Of a stretch of DNA of 64,000 nucleotides, positions 60,389 through 64,000 are shown piece by piece. Each line of letters begins with the position of its first letter. Within the stretch, counting starts at the first letter, position 1. Below the pieces are notes generated by a model. That model was not told the origin of the DNA, made no database searches, and saw only the letters and a program-made list of their open reading frames with translations. Origin of the DNA: Nitrosopumilaceae archaeon (GTDB lineage Archaea; Thermoproteota; Nitrososphaeria; Nitrososphaerales; Nitrosopumilaceae); contig OZ242376.1 of NCBI GenBank assembly GCA_965209085.1, positions 192,001-256,000 on the forward strand, given 5' to 3'. Position numbers and translations under genes: made by a program.

Positions 60389-60472
60389 GATCGCTAGATC
60401 AAATGATCAACGCATTTTGTTAGATTATTTCATAGATCCGTTGTATAAGGATCCTCGCTGATCCGATCGATC
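60389..60472. promoter_or_regulatory. GATC-dense divergent promoter between rfcS and GINS-mcm
   Basis: GATC at 60389, 60397, 60405, 60435, 60450, 60460, 60465 and 60469, around the TATA-like TTGTATAA at 60441. Confidence 0.75.
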
Positions 60473-60473
60473 C

Positions 60474-60992
60474 ATGCCTACCATTGGAGATGTACAGCAA
60501 ATCTATGCCGCCGGTTTTAATCTAGAGGACGTAAAGATTACCCTCGAGCACGACCTAAAGATAGATGTTGGAGGAATTAAAATTGATGCTAGAGTGGGGG
60601 AAATAATTGACATACCGCGCTGGGCCGCTATAATTTTGGAAAATGAAAAACACTGCACCCTACAGGAGACAAATATGATAGCAGAGCTAACACAGGCGCT
60701 TGGAAAAGAAAAAGGGTTAGACGAATACGAACTTGCAACGTTAGAGGATGGATTTTACATTAAACTAAACGCGTACATTGAAAGACTCGAAAAGGACGAA
60801 CAAAAAGAGGCAAAAGATATGCTAAATACACTCTTCCGCAGAAGACATGTAAAACTGATCCGTCTAGCAGGCTCTTCCCCGCTTACGGCCGATCTTTCAA
60901 AACGCATGACAGTAGAGGAAAAATTATACCATGATAAAATTCACTTTGAGAGCAAAAACTTTACCGGTCGTATAATGGACGATCAAAAATGA
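60474..60992 (+). CDS. GINS subunit (Gins23 type)
   Basis: IPRWAA..L, L...FY and RR..KL..LA...MT.EE motifs; immediately upstream of mcm. Confidence 0.85.
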   Translation: MPTIGDVQQIYAAGFNLEDVKITLEHDLKIDVGGIKIDARVGEIIDIPRWAAIILENEKHCTLQETNMIAELTQALGKEKGLDEYELATLEDGFYIKLNAYIERLEKDEQKEAKDMLNTLFRRRHVKLIRLAGSSPLTADLSKRMTVEEKLYHDKIHFESKNFTGRIMDDQK

Positions 60993-61080
60993 CTGCAATA
61001 CATTACAGGTTATTTCACAATAACCCGCACGTTATATCCGACATGGTGCTAGATTCTCATCTAATGGAGTTTACAGTATA

Positions 61081-63168
61081 ATGGCATCAGTTGAAGTTGT
61101 CACAATGACAGAGTCAGCATTAGCTCAGCATGTAAAAGATTTTATCACAGGATTCCGCAAAAACGGCCAGTACACGTACGTTGAGAGAATAGATGCAATG
61201 ATGCCAAAGAGGCTAAAGGCGGCGGTCATCGATTACAACGATCTGGTAACGTATCCGATGTTTGATTCGATGGTTAATGAAAATCCTGACCGCATACTGC
61301 GGGCATTTTCTGAAGCGATTGGGGAAATTTTGAGCGAGCGGTTTCCAGATTATGCCATAAAGATCAAAGATGAGGTACGCGCCAGAATTGTAAACTATCC
61401 GATACAACGAAGCCTAAGGGACATCAACGCGGAGATTATCAACAAAATGACCAGTGTCTCAGGCATGGTGGTCCGGGCCTCGGAGGTAAAACCGCTGGCA
61501 AAGGAGCTGAGCTACACTTGTCCCGAAGGTCACACTACGGTGGTGACACTTAACCGCGGCATGAGTATAAAATCACCCCTGCGGTGTTCAACTCCAAAAT
61601 GCCAGCATAAAGAGCTGGAAGTGGAGCCTGAATCCAGCAAGTTTATCGATTTTCAAATATTGCGTATACAAGAGCTCCCCGAAGATCTGCCGCCAGGACA
61701 GCTTCCGCATTATGTTGACGTTACAGCAAAACAGGATCTAGTTGATAGTGCGCGCCCGGGCGATCGCATAGTGCTTACCGGCGTGGTCCGCATAGAGCAG
61801 GAACCGATTGCAGGAGTGATGCGGGCAAACAGTGCACTGTACCGTCTCCGTCTTGAGGGGAATAACGTGGAATTTTTGGGCGGTCACGGTGCAAAAAGAT
61901 CCAGAAGAACAGAACGTGAAGAGGTTACAGCAGATGAAGAAAAACAGATAAGATCTCTCTCGCAAAACCCGGACATTTACACGCGCCTGATTGATTCTTT
62001 TGCACCGCATATACGCGGACAAGAGCTGATTAAAGAGGCAATAATGCTGCTTATCGTAGGCTCTACGCAGAACATACTGCCGGATGGGACAAAAAACAGG
62101 GGCGACATTAACGTATTTCTTGTAGGAGATCCGGGTACTGCAAAATCAGAGATGCTAAAGTTTTGTGCAAGAATAGCGCCGCGCGGACTGTACACGTCCG
62201 GAAGAGGCTCCACTGCGGCGGGTCTGACAGCTGCGGTGGTGCGCGACAAGTCTGGAATAATGATGTTAGAAGCTGGAGCTGTGGTTTTGGGCGATCAGGG
62301 TCTTGTATGCATAGACGAGTTTGATAAAATGAAGCCTGAAGATCGGAGCGCACTGCACGAGGTCATGGAGCAACAGTCCGCAAGCATAGCCAAAGGGGGA
62401 ATTGTGGCCACACTGAACGCTAGAACCTCAATTTTGGCCGCGGCAAATCCGATATTTGGAAAATACGATCCGTACAAAAATATCTCTGAAAACATAAATC
62501 TGCCAATACCCCTGCTGACCCGTTTTGACCTGATATTCGTGGTGCGCGACAAACCCTCAAAAGAAAAAGACCGCAACATTGCAACGCACATTATAGAGCG
62601 CAACACCCGCGCGACACAACAAGGACCGTCAATCATCGACATTGATATGCTGACAAAATACCTCACTTTTGCGAAAAAAGGCAAGCCAACATTGATGCCA
62701 GGGGCCAAAAAAATGATAATAGACTATTACCTAAAGATGCGCAACGTGGAGGATGAGGATATGATTACAGTCACCCCACGCCAGCTTGAAGGCTTGGTGC
62801 GTCTTGCAACGGCTCGCTCCAGGATACTTTTGAAAACCCAAATCGACGAGGAGGATGCAGAGCGGGCAATATACCTGATTGAAAACATGCTGCACGATGT
62901 CGGAGTTGACGTAAACACGGGCAAGGTGGATCCGGGAGTATTGCATGGAAAACCGCGTAGCGAGATGTCTAGAATGCAGGCCTTTATGGACATGATAAAG
63001 GCACTGGAAGGCATTCCAAGACAGCCTGTTCCAGAGGATGCACTGCTTGATGATCTTGAAAAATCAGGCAAATTTACCCGTGAGGCTGCCCGCATCTTTA
63101 TAGAAAAAATGCTGGCCGAGTCTGTAATATTCGAATCAAGACCGGGACACTATAACACGGTAAATTAG
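61081..63168 (+). CDS. mcm: MCM replicative helicase
   Basis: GDPGTAKS, CIDEFDKM, AAANP, LTRFDL and TPRQLE motifs; zinc finger. Confidence 0.97.
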   Translation: MASVEVVTMTESALAQHVKDFITGFRKNGQYTYVERIDAMMPKRLKAAVIDYNDLVTYPMFDSMVNENPDRILRAFSEAIGEILSERFPDYAIKIKDEVRARIVNYPIQRSLRDINAEIINKMTSVSGMVVRASEVKPLAKELSYTCPEGHTTVVTLNRGMSIKSPLRCSTPKCQHKELEVEPESSKFIDFQILRIQELPEDLPPGQLPHYVDVTAKQDLVDSARPGDRIVLTGVVRIEQEPIAGVMRANSALYRLRLEGNNVEFLGGHGAKRSRRTEREEVTADEEKQIRSLSQNPDIYTRLIDSFAPHIRGQELIKEAIMLLIVGSTQNILPDGTKNRGDINVFLVGDPGTAKSEMLKFCARIAPRGLYTSGRGSTAAGLTAAVVRDKSGIMMLEAGAVVLGDQGLVCIDEFDKMKPEDRSALHEVMEQQSASIAKGGIVATLNARTSILAAANPIFGKYDPYKNISENINLPIPLLTRFDLIFVVRDKPSKEKDRNIATHIIERNTRATQQGPSIIDIDMLTKYLTFAKKGKPTLMPGAKKMIIDYYLKMRNVEDEDMITVTPRQLEGLVRLATARSRILLKTQIDEEDAERAIYLIENMLHDVGVDVNTGKVDPGVLHGKPRSEMSRMQAFMDMIKALEGIPRQPVPEDALLDDLEKSGKFTREAARIFIEKMLAESVIFESRPGHYNTVN

Positions 63169-63441
63169 CAGGGCTCACATTATATCTGTAATTTATATGA
63201 AAAATAATGCTGTTTAATCTGCAAGGTTACAAACTGGTGTGGTAGTGTTCAACCTGGGTATTTTAAATTGATAATCACTTGCAATAATTCCCGTCTTTGT
63301 CGGATGTGATATCAGTTTTCTGATGTCGCTTTAGCAAATGATATGATTTAATGATGATTTTGGTATTTGCAGACAAGTCGATCAATGGTTGTGCAACATT
63401 ATAATCTCACAGCATAAATTTCGTAGAGATTCATCCAAACA

Positions 63442-63999
63442 TCATGCGGTAGGATCTGAGATTCTGCCCATAAAGAGTATGATATTGGTCTCATCATCCC
63501 AAATTGCGAATATAAATGGATGATCCGCCCGGAATGTGATTATATCTATATAATCTGTATCAGTCTCGCTAGTGATGCCAACAGTCATTGATGTTACAGC
63601 TGCAGCTTCGGTTCCTATTTCATTTACATTCACAAATGCTCTATGAGTAATGTCACCAATATGCAAACTAGTCGCGGTTTCGTGCGTTATGCCTGTTAAA
63701 TCCGCAATGCTGGGATCAAACGCATCATGTATTCCAAGATTTTTAAATGCGGATATTGTCGTCTTGTCGCCATATTTGGTATTTATTTCGAATTTTGGAA
63801 TATACATCTGTACAATATGGGGTTTTGTGTTTCCAATCCATTCTGTAAACATATCATATGTCAGATTATTCTTCAAGTGTCCTAAACCGTCCCTGTCTTC
63901 TGGCAGTGCTATTATCATTGATAGGCGGTTTGAATCAGATTTATATGGAATTTTTAATATCTGCACGCCGTCTATTTTTGCATAATGTATTTGGTTAAC
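63442..63999 (-). CDS. Serpin (C-terminal part; 5' end lies outside the window)
   Basis: SMIIALP, IPKF, hinge EIGTEAAAVT and signature FRADHPFIFAI...ILFMGRI.DP. Confidence 0.95.
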   Translation of the reverse strand, partial: VNQIHYAKIDGVQILKIPYKSDSNRLSMIIALPEDRDGLGHLKNNLTYDMFTEWIGNTKPHIVQMYIPKFEINTKYGDKTTISAFKNLGIHDAFDPSIADLTGITHETATSLHIGDITHRAFVNVNEIGTEAAAVTSMTVGITSETDTDYIDIITFRADHPFIFAIWDDETNIILFMGRISDPTA

Positions 64000-64000
64000 A

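Noticed and set aside
60385-60473. GATC cluster interpreted as a replication origin
   Set aside because: Too short, with no ORB-like repeats, no extended AT-rich unwinding element and no adjacent cdc6/orc1; a promoter role fits better.

Overview
Archaeal chromosome segment from an ammonia-oxidising thaumarchaeote (Nitrososphaerota, Nitrosopumilaceae-like). The assignment rests on the 3-hydroxypropionate/4-hydroxybutyrate cycle genes, a Rieske-cytochrome b pair, topoisomerase VI, an archaeal histone, a Ubl-Cgi121 fusion and GINS-MCM. A serpin and an intact IS are compatible with a host-associated (e.g. sponge) lineage, which is an inference. Most of the window is core housekeeping, with about 75 CDS and six tRNAs (Gly, Cys, Thr, Ala, Leu, Ser). 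Signals not explained by the ORF track: (1) dense GATC clusters in the promoters of replication genes (rfcS/GINS-MCM, nrdJ) and on both flanks of an AT-rich islet; (2) rpl24e and rpiA apparently start at ACG behind good Shine-Dalgarno (SD) motifs; (3) a promoter-flanked 62-nt G.U-containing hairpin next to tRNA-Cys, a candidate ncRNA; (4) an IS5-family element that cleanly splits a thioredoxin gene; (5) an NrdD-like protein lacking the glycyl-radical loop upstream of nrdJ; (6) three tRNA-adjacent AT-rich islets encoding UDG-like, TGT-like and RNase J-like/YwgA-like proteins; (7) several uncalled micro-ORFs. All product calls are from motif recognition only; no searches were run.
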